A stretch of 64,000 bases of DNA from a virus (lineage: Duplodnaviria; Heunggongvirae; Uroviricota; Caudoviricetes). Position numbers and translations under genes: made by a program. This document shows, piece after piece, positions 52,546-61,672 of the stretch. Numbering within the stretch: position 1 is the stretch's first letter; every line of letters starts with the position of its first letter. The notes beneath the pieces are model-generated. The model made no database searches and had not been told where the DNA came from. It was given only the letters and a program-made list of their open reading frames with translations. The stretch lies in the IMG/VR virus record IMGVR_UViG_3300043172_001414; one strand, 5' to 3'.

Positions 52546-54792
52546 CTATCCGTTAGGGTTGATTCCTATTGTGTTATTAGGCATTTGCTGATCACCACCT
52601 CCACCAACATTTAGTTTAGTTACAAGTGTATCTATAAATTCACCTAGTAAGAAATCAGCAAATTTTTCTTTCTCGGATTTTCTTGTATCTTTAGAATCTA
52701 TCTCTACTTTAGATAGAGGTTCTGACGTTGGTTCTGTAATTGATTGCTTTATTAATGGTGATGTTTTTGATGATACGGTTTTATTTTCTAAATAAAACTT
52801 TCTACCAGCTAATGATGCTTGTGCTCGTAATATTTTTTCTTTTGCTTCGAGTTTTATAGCCTCTTTTTCATCACCACCAATTAAACCAAATATTTCGTTT
52901 CTTGCAGATCTAGCTTCTTGCTTTAGCTTATCTGCTTCTTTTTCAAGCCTAACAGATTCTGTACCAAATAGTCTAAGGTTTTGGTCTAATAGTTTTTTAG
53001 AATTAGCTTCATTGTTTTTCATGATATCATCTAAGTCACCACTAAAAAATCTTCCTACACCTTCGAAGAAACCGCTAACAGCTTTATCGGCTTCGGGAAA
53101 TTTCTTTTCCATGACTTCGTTAATCGTCAATCCAATACCTGCGCCTATAGCTCCGGCTGCTGCAGCTACACCAGCGACTGTAGCTGCTCCTGCTGCACCA
53201 ACGGCTGTACCACCTGCTGCGAGTAATGATCCTGCACCTGAGGCTACAGCACCTGCACCTGAGGCTATTGCACTTCCTGCACCTGATATCAATGAACCTG
53301 CACCTGATATTAATGACCCTGCACCTGAGGCTATTAATCCTCCTGCAGTTCTAAGGAAAGGCATTAATAATCCTGGTAATCTTTTAAGCATTGTAAATAT
53401 ACCACCACCGTCACCACCGCCACCTTTGACACCTTTAATAGCTTTTAATATATTAGCCAAGGTTACATTTCTAGTCTTGTCACTCTTTTGCTTTATCTTA
53501 TCGTCAGTTCTGAGTAAGTCTGTTGGTGCAGGAAGCTTTTTCAGACCTGGGGGTAGTCTTAGTTGTCCTGGAATTGGTTGTGTTATTGGTCTATACGGTC
53601 TGTCTTTTGTTCCAAAATTTGATTCTGTTTGTTCTGGATCTAACAGTTCTCGTCTACGAGATTTAAAACTACTTTTCAAGCCTCGAATTCCACGTAAAAA
53701 TTGTGCTTCCATAGAATCGGGAACACCAAAATCTGTAAATCCTGACATTACTTGTTCTTTTGCTACATCAAATCCCGATTCTGCCGAAGCTCCAATATTT
53801 CGAGTTCTTGCTTGTCGTGTTGCTTGTCGTCTTGCTTCTTGTGGAGCTAATCCAGCTTTTCTAAGTTCTTTAAATAATTGTTGGGGAGTTTGCTTTAAAA
53901 ATTGTTGCTGTGTTTTGCGTTGTCCTTTAACTATAGATATTACGTCCGGGAACAAGCGTTGAAACTTTTGTTCAACTTCAGGGCGTGCGCCTAAACTACC
54001 ACTGTACTGAGTTGTCTCAATGCTCTTATCTTTTTTATCTTTCGTATCTTTTTTATCTTTATCGCTTTTACCACCCAATCCACCTTTAGATCCTTTGAAT
54101 ATTGCATTTTTAAATACTGCACTTTCAAATAATGCTTTTTTAACGAGCATTGAAGTAACTACCATTGTAGCGCCTTTTGGCTGTCTAGGTTTTCTTTGCT
54201 TGCCAGGAGCGCCTAATAATAATTGCTCGTCAGGGTAGTAAGTATTTAAGTGAGGCTCCATATCTTTACCGGAGTTATCACCTCTACCTAATAGACCCAT
54301 AGGGCCTCTTGTTTGGTTTCTATATATGGTGTTATAACCACCAGAAAACTCAAACCCTTTACCAGGTGTCGTCATTGCTCCATTGTATGAGCTACCAGCT
54401 GAAGCCTTTTTTGAGGCACGGTTTGCTTTATTAGATACGTTTTTAAACCCTTTTAGTACTTCAGTTTCTAAAAGTCTATTAAGATTAGTTATGTTTTTAG
54501 ATAATCTATTGAGTTTATTAGGTATTACTCTGGCATCAAAAGCTTTTGTGAAAGATTTAACTTTATCGTTTAAATTATCTAAAGACTTCGGTAAATTTGA
54601 AGGTGATAGAAGTTTATTGATGTTAGCAATATTTGTATTTAGTTTAGATATGTTTTTATTAAGCGAATTATCTGATTTATTCTTATCTTTTTGAATATCG
54701 TTGGCTTTCGTCAACGATGTATTCAGTTGTTTCATCAATCTAAGATTTAAAGATTTCTCTGCTTTTAATTTTTTATCTTGTTCATCAGCCAT
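52546..54792 (-). CDS. tape measure-like protein
   Basis: 748 aa, Gly/Ala hydrophobic segment, located between chaperones and tube initiator. Confidence 0.65.
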   Translation of the reverse strand: MADEQDKKLKAEKSLNLRLMKQLNTSLTKANDIQKDKNKSDNSLNKNISKLNTNIANINKLLSPSNLPKSLDNLNDKVKSFTKAFDARVIPNKLNRLSKNITNLNRLLETEVLKGFKNVSNKANRASKKASAGSSYNGAMTTPGKGFEFSGGYNTIYRNQTRGPMGLLGRGDNSGKDMEPHLNTYYPDEQLLLGAPGKQRKPRQPKGATMVVTSMLVKKALFESAVFKNAIFKGSKGGLGGKSDKDKKDTKDKKDKSIETTQYSGSLGARPEVEQKFQRLFPDVISIVKGQRKTQQQFLKQTPQQLFKELRKAGLAPQEARRQATRQARTRNIGASAESGFDVAKEQVMSGFTDFGVPDSMEAQFLRGIRGLKSSFKSRRRELLDPEQTESNFGTKDRPYRPITQPIPGQLRLPPGLKKLPAPTDLLRTDDKIKQKSDKTRNVTLANILKAIKGVKGGGGDGGGIFTMLKRLPGLLMPFLRTAGGLIASGAGSLISGAGSLISGAGSAIASGAGAVASGAGSLLAAGGTAVGAAGAATVAGVAAAAGAIGAGIGLTINEVMEKKFPEADKAVSGFFEGVGRFFSGDLDDIMKNNEANSKKLLDQNLRLFGTESVRLEKEADKLKQEARSARNEIFGLIGGDEKEAIKLEAKEKILRAQASLAGRKFYLENKTVSSKTSPLIKQSITEPTSEPLSKVEIDSKDTRKSEKEKFADFLLGEFIDTLVTKLNVGGGGDQQMPNNTIGINPNG
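53231..53340 (-). repeat. 21/24-bp tandem repeat encoding (GAGSLIS)n
   Basis: CCTGCACCTGA at 53231, 53252, 53276, 53297, 53318. Confidence 0.85.
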
Positions 54793-54797
54793 ATTAA

Positions 54798-54841
54798 ATC
54801 CCGATATAAAAAGAACTATTTATTATTATTTATATCGGGAT
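54798..54841 (-). promoter_or_regulatory. RBS-sequestering 13-bp hairpin containing a late promoter (TATAAATA 54827-54834)
   Basis: ATCCCGATATAAA (54798-54810) / TTTATATCGGGAT (54829-54841); GGGA RBS in downstream arm, ATG at 54792. Confidence 0.75.
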
Positions 54842-55055
54842 GATTTTTTAACATCTCTCTGATGTCCATTGATCCACCAGTATCGTTCTGAGCTTCAGAA
54901 ACTTCCTTCTGATGTTGAAGATATCGCTTATAGTGCCAGTCTACTTCTAGGAAGTCCCTATTGTTGTCCGGTGGTATGTGGACATATAGGGCTAGAATAA
55001 ACTCCATTTCCAAGATGTCATTAAAATCTATACTTGGGAACAAAGAAATCGGCAC
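54816..55055 (-). CDS. small baseplate/tail assembly chaperone (gp51-like)
   Basis: MEFILALY...EVDWHYKRYLQHQKE; follows gp26-like gene. Confidence 0.6.
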   Translation of the reverse strand: MPISLFPSIDFNDILEMEFILALYVHIPPDNNRDFLEVDWHYKRYLQHQKEVSEAQNDTGGSMDIREMLKNHPDINNNK

Positions 55056-55845
55056 GAAACGTTACCGCCATAGGCGACGACCCTCCGCATTTATTGCATT
55101 TAACGTCCATAAATGGATTTACACCCATCTCATAATGCAGAATATATGATTCAAGGTATGCATAATCACTAGGATGGATATCCAATAGGTAATTATACTT
55201 CTGTTTCAAATCAGTTATTTCTTTATCGTCGATGTGAGTGATTAAATTTGCAATAGCCAGCACGTCTGTTTCGTATTTGATGGGAAGTTTCTTACTCTTT
55301 TCGATAAAATTCTGAACATTATTTTCATCTTTTATCTTAAGTTGAGTAACTTTAATAGTGTGCTTTGATCCAGGAAGAATAATATCTTTATTGATATCAT
55401 AATCATCTTTAATATCTAGAATATCAAGACAGTCTAGGTCGAAGTCATAATTAGAATTCTCTTCACACAATGGACATTCGAACTCAATAGAGTAACCAGA
55501 ATCAGCGTAAGTGTTGGCTCTAAGCCAGAAAATCAAGAAAAGTTTATCCGAGACATATAATTCGTCAATAGAATATCCTCTGACTGTTTTCTTCAGTACT
55601 TGATTTATTACATAGTTGGCGTTATCTTCGTTCATTGTAGAAAGCATTTTAACTTCCATAACCTTTAGGGGTCTGGCTGAAAGTTTAGTACCTTTAGGGT
55701 ACATTTTGAACTTTGAAGGTAAATCGTCTATTGGGTGATAGGTATCTTTTGAAATAGGTTCAACTGGTTTCGACTTTTTAGGGGTCTTTACTTCAGTTGT
55801 TTGATTTGGAACAGATCCATTTTCATCTACATCTTCCATTTTCAT
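55021..55845 (-). CDS. baseplate hub assembly chaperone (gp26/gp51-like)
   Basis: RPLKVMEVKML, DKLFLIFWLRANTY, CPLC...CNKC, DFFVP. Confidence 0.75.
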   Translation of the reverse strand: MKMEDVDENGSVPNQTTEVKTPKKSKPVEPISKDTYHPIDDLPSKFKMYPKGTKLSARPLKVMEVKMLSTMNEDNANYVINQVLKKTVRGYSIDELYVSDKLFLIFWLRANTYADSGYSIEFECPLCEENSNYDFDLDCLDILDIKDDYDINKDIILPGSKHTIKVTQLKIKDENNVQNFIEKSKKLPIKYETDVLAIANLITHIDDKEITDLKQKYNYLLDIHPSDYAYLESYILHYEMGVNPFMDVKCNKCGGSSPMAVTFRADFFVPKYRF

Positions 55846-55880
55846 ATCAATTCTCCGTATAAAATAAATTTGTATACAGT

Positions 55881-55888
55881 TATTTATA
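55881..55888 (-). promoter_or_regulatory. T4-type late promoter
   Basis: TATAAATA upstream of 55845. Confidence 0.8.
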
Positions 55889-55890
55889 TT

Positions 55891-56625
55891 TTAGAGAAGA
55901 GGTTGTATTTGTATCATTGGCCCAGCACCACCAAGAATTGATCCAGCTCCACCACCACCACCTTGACTACCGTGACCTTTACCACCAGAATTTATAGGGT
56001 TTTGTTTAGTGTTGACCGCAGGTACACTGCCTTTAGAATACACTAGTTCATAGTAATCTGATCCAAAGGTAATTGTATATGTGATGGTATTGTTGTTTCT
56101 GTAATTATATTCAGGCTTACTCGCTTTTAGGAAGTAACAATCCATGAATGAATATGTTGCTATGAGATCTGATGTCTCATCTGTGATGTTTATGTTGACT
56201 GGGCCTAATCTTGCAGTATTTGGATCTGTATAGAGTCCAAATTCATCTAAGATTCTTGCTTGAAGCCATTGTATAAAGAATCCAATAGTTCCTCTTGCGT
56301 CTTCTTCTAACTCTATTTCTAATTCAAAACCTTTATGGTCTAATACGGGAATAGTTTTTGGAAAAACTCCAATCTGTTGCATTTCTTTTTTAAATGCATA
56401 CTGATCAACATTTACTTTCTTAACGTGATAATTACTCAAATAAGTTCTAGGGCTAAAATTAGAAAAACCAGCGGACTCTGAGAGTACGCTGAGTCTATGT
56501 TTAAGATTCCCTGAATCGTTATTCGAATCAGGGAAATCTATCATAAAATTATAGGTTCTCTGAATTGATCGAGAGTCACTAAAAAAGCTCTCAACCAACT
56601 TAGATCCTGAATTTAGTTTAGCCAT
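55891..56625 (-). CDS. tail tube-fold protein (second tube-like gene)
   Basis: YSFMDCYFL...YTITFGSDYY pattern parallels gp19. Confidence 0.6.
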   Translation of the reverse strand: MAKLNSGSKLVESFFSDSRSIQRTYNFMIDFPDSNNDSGNLKHRLSVLSESAGFSNFSPRTYLSNYHVKKVNVDQYAFKKEMQQIGVFPKTIPVLDHKGFELEIELEEDARGTIGFFIQWLQARILDEFGLYTDPNTARLGPVNINITDETSDLIATYSFMDCYFLKASKPEYNYRNNNTITYTITFGSDYYELVYSKGSVPAVNTKQNPINSGGKGHGSQGGGGGAGSILGGAGPMIQIQPLL

Positions 56626-56630
56626 AGTTA

Positions 56631-57206
56631 TTAATCATCTACTGGTGAATCTGTGTTGTTAGGATCTGTAAATAACCAGTAGTCGTATGTGAAAACTACT
56701 TCATATTTTACAGATTCATTTACTCCATATGCAAGCGATACTGTAGCTACATTGCTAATAAAAGCATTGTAAAGTGTTACGTGAGCTTCTGTTTCATGAC
56801 CATTAGCTTTATAAGTTATTAATTCTATATCACTAATAAGTTGTTCTCTTGTCTCTTTTGCTGCACCAGAATTCTGTTTATGATTCATGTCAGTGAGTAA
56901 GTTATTCCATTGTTCGAATCTGAGCATAGATTTTGTATCATCATATTCTTCTATTTGAAGAGTTAATGTATTTTCATAGTTTACTTTACCATGATAAAAT
57001 CTTTTCATACCGAAAAAATCACTCTGGATAGGTTCGTTCCCACGAGCTGGTATCTGAGCGGTTCTTACTCTTATAACCATATCATCTTCGTCCCATGCAT
57101 TCTGTAAGCCTGGTGGCGTAGGAATTCTCACTTCAAAGAGATACTGTCTTAGAATATCTTTATTTTTTGATATTCGTTGGTTTATGTGAAATTGCTTTTG
57201 AGGCAT
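56631..57206 (-). CDS. gp19: tail tube protein gp19
   Basis: YLFEVRIP, RTAQIPAR, YENTLTL, LYNAFISNV, YEVVFTYDYW. Confidence 0.85.
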   Translation of the reverse strand: MPQKQFHINQRISKNKDILRQYLFEVRIPTPPGLQNAWDEDDMVIRVRTAQIPARGNEPIQSDFFGMKRFYHGKVNYENTLTLQIEEYDDTKSMLRFEQWNNLLTDMNHKQNSGAAKETREQLISDIELITYKANGHETEAHVTLYNAFISNVATVSLAYGVNESVKYEVVFTYDYWLFTDPNNTDSPVDD

Positions 57207-57231
57207 ATTTTTCTCCTTTTAAAAAACTTTT

Positions 57232-57257
57232 AAAGGAAGGGCTTTCGCCCTTCTTTT
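57232..57257 (-). terminator. hairpin terminator between sheath and tube genes
   Basis: GAAGGGC-GAAA-GCCCTTC on minus strand followed by CTTT. Confidence 0.65.
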
Positions 57258-57264
57258 GGTAACT

Positions 57265-59193
57265 TTATGCGAAAGAAACCCCAGTTCGAGTTATGATTAC
57301 TGTCATCTCAATGAATTCGATAACTTTTGTAGGTTGTACAAAAATCGACACATTAAGTTGGTTGTTATCAATAACCTGTGGTGGGTTATTTGTCTCATTT
57401 ACAACTACTTGGTAATCAGTCACACCACCTGCAGATCTTACAGTTGACATAAATGAATTTACTACCGCAAATACTCTCTGTCTTGTTGATAGAGTATTAA
57501 GTTCGAAAACAAATGGTAGTAATCCAGGTTCTACACTATTTTCAACAAATAGTAAAAGTCTTCTAACATTTATTCTGTCTAATGCTGATGCTTTTCTTTG
57601 TGCAGTTTTTTGTCCCCACATAACATTACCAGTGTTTCTGATCAACTTAGATGTGTTAATGTTGTTATCATATAAGAAGCCTAATTCAGGTTCTGTGAAA
57701 ACAATATTTTGATCTAATGAAGGTATGATCCCTCTGTTGATTCCTGCTGGTGCTTGCCATGTGTCACTTACTCTGTCAGTTCTAGCCATTAGTACAGCAC
57801 CATAAATTGATTTAGGTATAAGTACTCTTTTGTCTGTGAAACTGTCGTAGATCTCATCATATCCGGCATAGTTAGCCATATACGAAGGAGCTGGGTAAGA
57901 GTAGCCGTTGTTGTTTAAGAAATCAACTATTTGTGTTGGTTTAGTTAATGTTCTAGGGCCAATCTGTGCGACACCGATAGCGTCCAATCTTGTACTTGCA
58001 ATAGTTGCAACTTTAACAAAGATAGGTACTCTTGAAGCTGAAGCTTCATCGGGTGGTATTAGTATGTTAACTGCTACTCTATCTCTAGATGCAAATAAAT
58101 CCCATGCAGCAATTGTTTCTGCAGGAGTATTAGATATATCGTCAAGACCATTGCCTAAAGCTTTTGTTACGGTCATATTCTGTGGATATTTGAAGTCCGA
58201 AGGATTGACGTAAGCTAATAGTGAAGATCCATTAATAACATCTGGCGCATATAATGTACCACCACCAGCATTTTTAGCTTGTGGGTTATTACTAACTAGA
58301 TATTCTTCATCAGGTACTGCACTTATTCCACCGTTGTCAGCGAATATAGATTCATCTGATCCAGTAGTCTTAGTAAAGAGTTTAACCTTGTACACTGACT
58401 TCCAAGTTGCGTCTACTGCAGTGCTTGGCACTGAAGAAGTTCCGATAATTGTAGGATCATCAAATGTGAATCCCCAATCGAAAAGACCGTCTTTTTGTTC
58501 AGAGGCGGTTGTGATGATCGCAACACCGATGTCGTCACCGTACAGTCCAGGGCCGATAGATCCTACTATAAGTGCTTCATCGAATTCTACTGTAGCTGAT
58601 ATACCGCTTGTAGCAGGTGTGTCTACGGCAGAAATTGTTGCAATTAATCCTAGAGATGCGTTATCAAGATCGAAAATCTTGTTTGCTTTATTACCATCTT
58701 CAAATCCATTCTCTGCAAAGAGCTGACTTGGATCTAATGGGTTGATAGTTGCAAATGCAGGGTCGTTAGCATCTACTTCTAATCTTGTTATAACATCGTC
58801 ATAAGCTGTTGGATGAGCTGAAACATCTGCTGCAGAGCCTGTATATCCAAAAGTACCTACTGTGAAGTCTCCTGATAATATAGTTTGGTCACTGTTAATA
58901 GCGAGGTTTGAGTATTGTTCGCTTCCGAATGATGGTCTTACGAACCATAGGAAGCTAGATTCTTGTAAGAATGCTGGCGCTGCGTAATAGGCGTTTTCAG
59001 AAGATAGACCAGAAACTGGTGTACCAAATGTCTCATGAAAGTCTTGGTCGGTTGTAACCAATACTCTTGAGTTTACGATACCTTTGCTAGTTTTTCCCAC
59101 CATTGCACCAATACTGGTTCCGGCTGGGACTACAACTTCGCTGATATCTTGTTCTTTTCTGAATACTCCTGGAGCGATAAATTTTTGAGCCAT
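57265..59193 (-). CDS. gp18: tail sheath protein gp18
   Basis: FIAPGVFRKEQD, WQAPAGINRG, WGQKT, SALDRINVRRL, PTKVIEFI. Confidence 0.95.
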   Translation of the reverse strand: MAQKFIAPGVFRKEQDISEVVVPAGTSIGAMVGKTSKGIVNSRVLVTTDQDFHETFGTPVSGLSSENAYYAAPAFLQESSFLWFVRPSFGSEQYSNLAINSDQTILSGDFTVGTFGYTGSAADVSAHPTAYDDVITRLEVDANDPAFATINPLDPSQLFAENGFEDGNKANKIFDLDNASLGLIATISAVDTPATSGISATVEFDEALIVGSIGPGLYGDDIGVAIITTASEQKDGLFDWGFTFDDPTIIGTSSVPSTAVDATWKSVYKVKLFTKTTGSDESIFADNGGISAVPDEEYLVSNNPQAKNAGGGTLYAPDVINGSSLLAYVNPSDFKYPQNMTVTKALGNGLDDISNTPAETIAAWDLFASRDRVAVNILIPPDEASASRVPIFVKVATIASTRLDAIGVAQIGPRTLTKPTQIVDFLNNNGYSYPAPSYMANYAGYDEIYDSFTDKRVLIPKSIYGAVLMARTDRVSDTWQAPAGINRGIIPSLDQNIVFTEPELGFLYDNNINTSKLIRNTGNVMWGQKTAQRKASALDRINVRRLLLFVENSVEPGLLPFVFELNTLSTRQRVFAVVNSFMSTVRSAGGVTDYQVVVNETNNPPQVIDNNQLNVSIFVQPTKVIEFIEMTVIITRTGVSFA

Positions 59194-59275
59194 TATTAAA
59201 TCTCCTAAATAATATTATACTACATACAAACTCCTTTCAATCAATCAATATCGTGTAATAAATCACACTTTTAAT

Positions 59276-59283
59276 TATTTATA
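59276..59283 (-). promoter_or_regulatory. T4-type late promoter
   Basis: TATAAATA upstream of gp18. Confidence 0.8.
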
Positions 59284-59317
59284 ATTTGGGATTTAATTAA
59301 TTAACTATTATACTTAA

Positions 59318-60916
59318 TTATGCAAAATCATTAAAACTGTTATCATGATCTGCTATTGCTTTAGACCAGTCGAAACCATCACCATCAACTACAGGTCGGT
59401 CATCAATCAGAACTGGTTCTTCTTCATCTGTAACCTCTTTCAATCTAAATTTTTCTGCTATGGTTTTCTTAGATAAGTCTTTACCATCAAAAAATTCAGT
59501 CTTTACAAAATAAAGACCCCAGAACATTGATGTGACACAGTCATCGTGCTCGTTACCTGATGCTTTAAACACATTAGGTGCTGTTTCTTCATAAACTGAT
59601 AGTTCGAAAAACGATTGTTTATCATAAATATGTAACCAACTGGCTTCTACATATCTTTTTAGTAAAATATTAGCAGCTAATTTAGATTTCTTGGTAGATC
59701 TAATACCAATTCCTTCTTTATCACAGTTAAGGATGTTCTCAAACTCAAATTCATAGAACATACTTTGAGCTACTTCACCACCAACGTCATTATTTTCTAT
59801 CATGACATAAGCACCGTTATAGTATTCTGATACTCCAATCACTGCTTGAGCAAAATCATTAGTAGAAATCATATTGTTTCTATATACGGCTACTTGATGT
59901 ATCTCATATTCATCTACAACTTTTAATACTTGTATGACAGAATAGTCATTACCAGTTCCTTTAGCTGAGTCAACACCGAGAATATAGAACCCATCAGGCT
60001 CTGGCTCTTCATATACTCTCATTAAATGTTTATGTATTACTGTTATTGGTTCTTTAGTATAGTTGCCTAGTCTTTCTAATAAGTTACCATCGATAAGGGT
60101 GCTTGATGATCCTAAGAACACTGCCCCATATTCCTGGTTGAAACTGATTGCTCCGATATCTCGGATCATAGCTTCTTTCCATTCTTCGTCTCTACCTGGA
60201 ACTTCCCACCAATTAACCTTAATAGGTCTAAAGTTATTTTCGTTTTTAACGGCCCCACGGTACAGATGATAGAACGGCCCCATACCATTAGGGGTTGACG
60301 ATATAATGATCTTAGAGGTCTTACCAGACGAAATAGTAGGGAATACTGATCGTATGAAGTCATCAGCTACGTGAGTAGGTACGAATGCAAATTCGTCAAG
60401 ATAAAGTAATGCAATTGATTCACCACGAAATGATGAAGACGCAGTTGATCCTGAAAGAATTCTTGATCCATTCTCTAATGTAATTGTAGTTTTAGACCAG
60501 TCCACAATACCTTGTTGAAGCCACAAAGGAAGTTCATGATAGGCTTCCTTAATTCTTCTCAATATTTCCATTGCGGTTTTCTCTCTGTTCGCAAGGATGG
60601 CTATAACTTTATCTTCCCGAAATAATGCATACCATAGAATGTATATGGTTGCGAGGGTTGTCTTACCAATCTGACGAGAGGATAGTAATATATTATGAAT
60701 ACGAGGGTCTTCATCGCCAACAAATGCTTTAAGTACTCTTTTCTGATACTCATGTAAGCGTATCTTTTGTTTACCTTCATCTATATTTACAATCTGGAAA
60801 AATTCTTCAGCAAAATAAATTAAATCTGTTGATGCTCTAACGTATTTTGTAAGTATCTCTGGACTGAGACGAATCTTTTCAGCTGCAGCTCTTAGGTTTG
60901 GGTCGTTGTTAAACAT
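59318..60916 (-). CDS. gp17: terminase large subunit
   Basis: SRQIGKT Walker A, LLYLDEFAF Walker B, ISSTPNG, GVDSAKG...DYS, HDDCV nuclease motifs. Confidence 0.97.
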   Translation of the reverse strand: MFNNDPNLRAAAEKIRLSPEILTKYVRASTDLIYFAEEFFQIVNIDEGKQKIRLHEYQKRVLKAFVGDEDPRIHNILLSSRQIGKTTLATIYILWYALFREDKVIAILANREKTAMEILRRIKEAYHELPLWLQQGIVDWSKTTITLENGSRILSGSTASSSFRGESIALLYLDEFAFVPTHVADDFIRSVFPTISSGKTSKIIISSTPNGMGPFYHLYRGAVKNENNFRPIKVNWWEVPGRDEEWKEAMIRDIGAISFNQEYGAVFLGSSSTLIDGNLLERLGNYTKEPITVIHKHLMRVYEEPEPDGFYILGVDSAKGTGNDYSVIQVLKVVDEYEIHQVAVYRNNMISTNDFAQAVIGVSEYYNGAYVMIENNDVGGEVAQSMFYEFEFENILNCDKEGIGIRSTKKSKLAANILLKRYVEASWLHIYDKQSFFELSVYEETAPNVFKASGNEHDDCVTSMFWGLYFVKTEFFDGKDLSKKTIAEKFRLKEVTDEEEPVLIDDRPVVDGDGFDWSKAIADHDNSFNDFA

Positions 60917-61671
60917 TCAAACTCCTTATTGAAGCCATCACGACCGATATGTTTTATCATATCCCTTTTCCATGATTCACTTCTTCCTGGTATTTCCCAC
61001 CAGTTAATTTTAATAGGCTTAAAAGTATTATCACCAGCTAAAGCCTTTCTGTATACGTCTGTTGATTTGTACGAAGTAAATATTACTTCAGCTGTGGCGC
61101 TGGATAATAATGTGGGTATAACGCTATAGAAAAAATCTTGATCTTCTTTTGTTATTGGGTCTTCGTGTTCTTCTCTATATAACAATGATATAAATTGCCC
61201 TCGTAAGGCTAGATTTGATTCATGTGACTTTATATATAGTATTACACAGCCCGTACCAAATTCTGTACGAGTCTTATCGCCTTTTATTCCAGGCTTTAGC
61301 CAGTCAGGCAATTGATCATAAGCTGTTCTTATAATTCCATTAATATTATTAGCATATGATTGTCTTTTCCGTAATACTGCAATAGATTTATCTTCATGAA
61401 ATAATGAGTACCATAGTATATAAATGGCAACTAAAGTAGTAGTTGTTGCTTGTCTACCTGCTAATAGAATGCTATTACGAGAAAACTCTTTATTGACAAA
61501 CTCATTTAATACTCTTTTTTGAAAGTCATATAACTCTATTTTGTGAATACCACGGTCTGTGGTGCTGATATTAACATAATGTTCAGCGAAGTATACAATA
61601 TCAACTTTGCATTTTGTGTGTTGCTTTAGCTGATGTTTCTTTTCAAGTTTTGTTCTTTTCAATTTGAACAT
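60892..61671 (-). CDS. degenerate duplicate of the terminase large-subunit ATPase domain
   Basis: aligns along the gp17 N-terminal half (YFAE, FQKRVL, IYILWY, PIKINWWEIPGR); Walker A GRQATTT, Walker B LLYREE. Confidence 0.85.
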   Translation of the reverse strand: MFKLKRTKLEKKHQLKQHTKCKVDIVYFAEHYVNISTTDRGIHKIELYDFQKRVLNEFVNKEFSRNSILLAGRQATTTTLVAIYILWYSLFHEDKSIAVLRKRQSYANNINGIIRTAYDQLPDWLKPGIKGDKTRTEFGTGCVILYIKSHESNLALRGQFISLLYREEHEDPITKEDQDFFYSVIPTLLSSATAEVIFTSYKSTDVYRKALAGDNTFKPIKINWWEIPGRSESWKRDMIKHIGRDGFNKEFECLTTTQT

Positions 61672-61672
61672 A

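Noticed and set aside
53012-53962. 316-aa plus-strand ORF
   Set aside because: It is the antisense shadow of the Gly/Ala-rich tape-measure gene, with no RBS or promoter.
59318-61671. Terminase split by an intron, intein or frameshift
   Set aside because: The downstream ORF is already complete (ATPase plus nuclease) and the upstream ORF repeats the same ATPase region, so this is a duplication, not a split.
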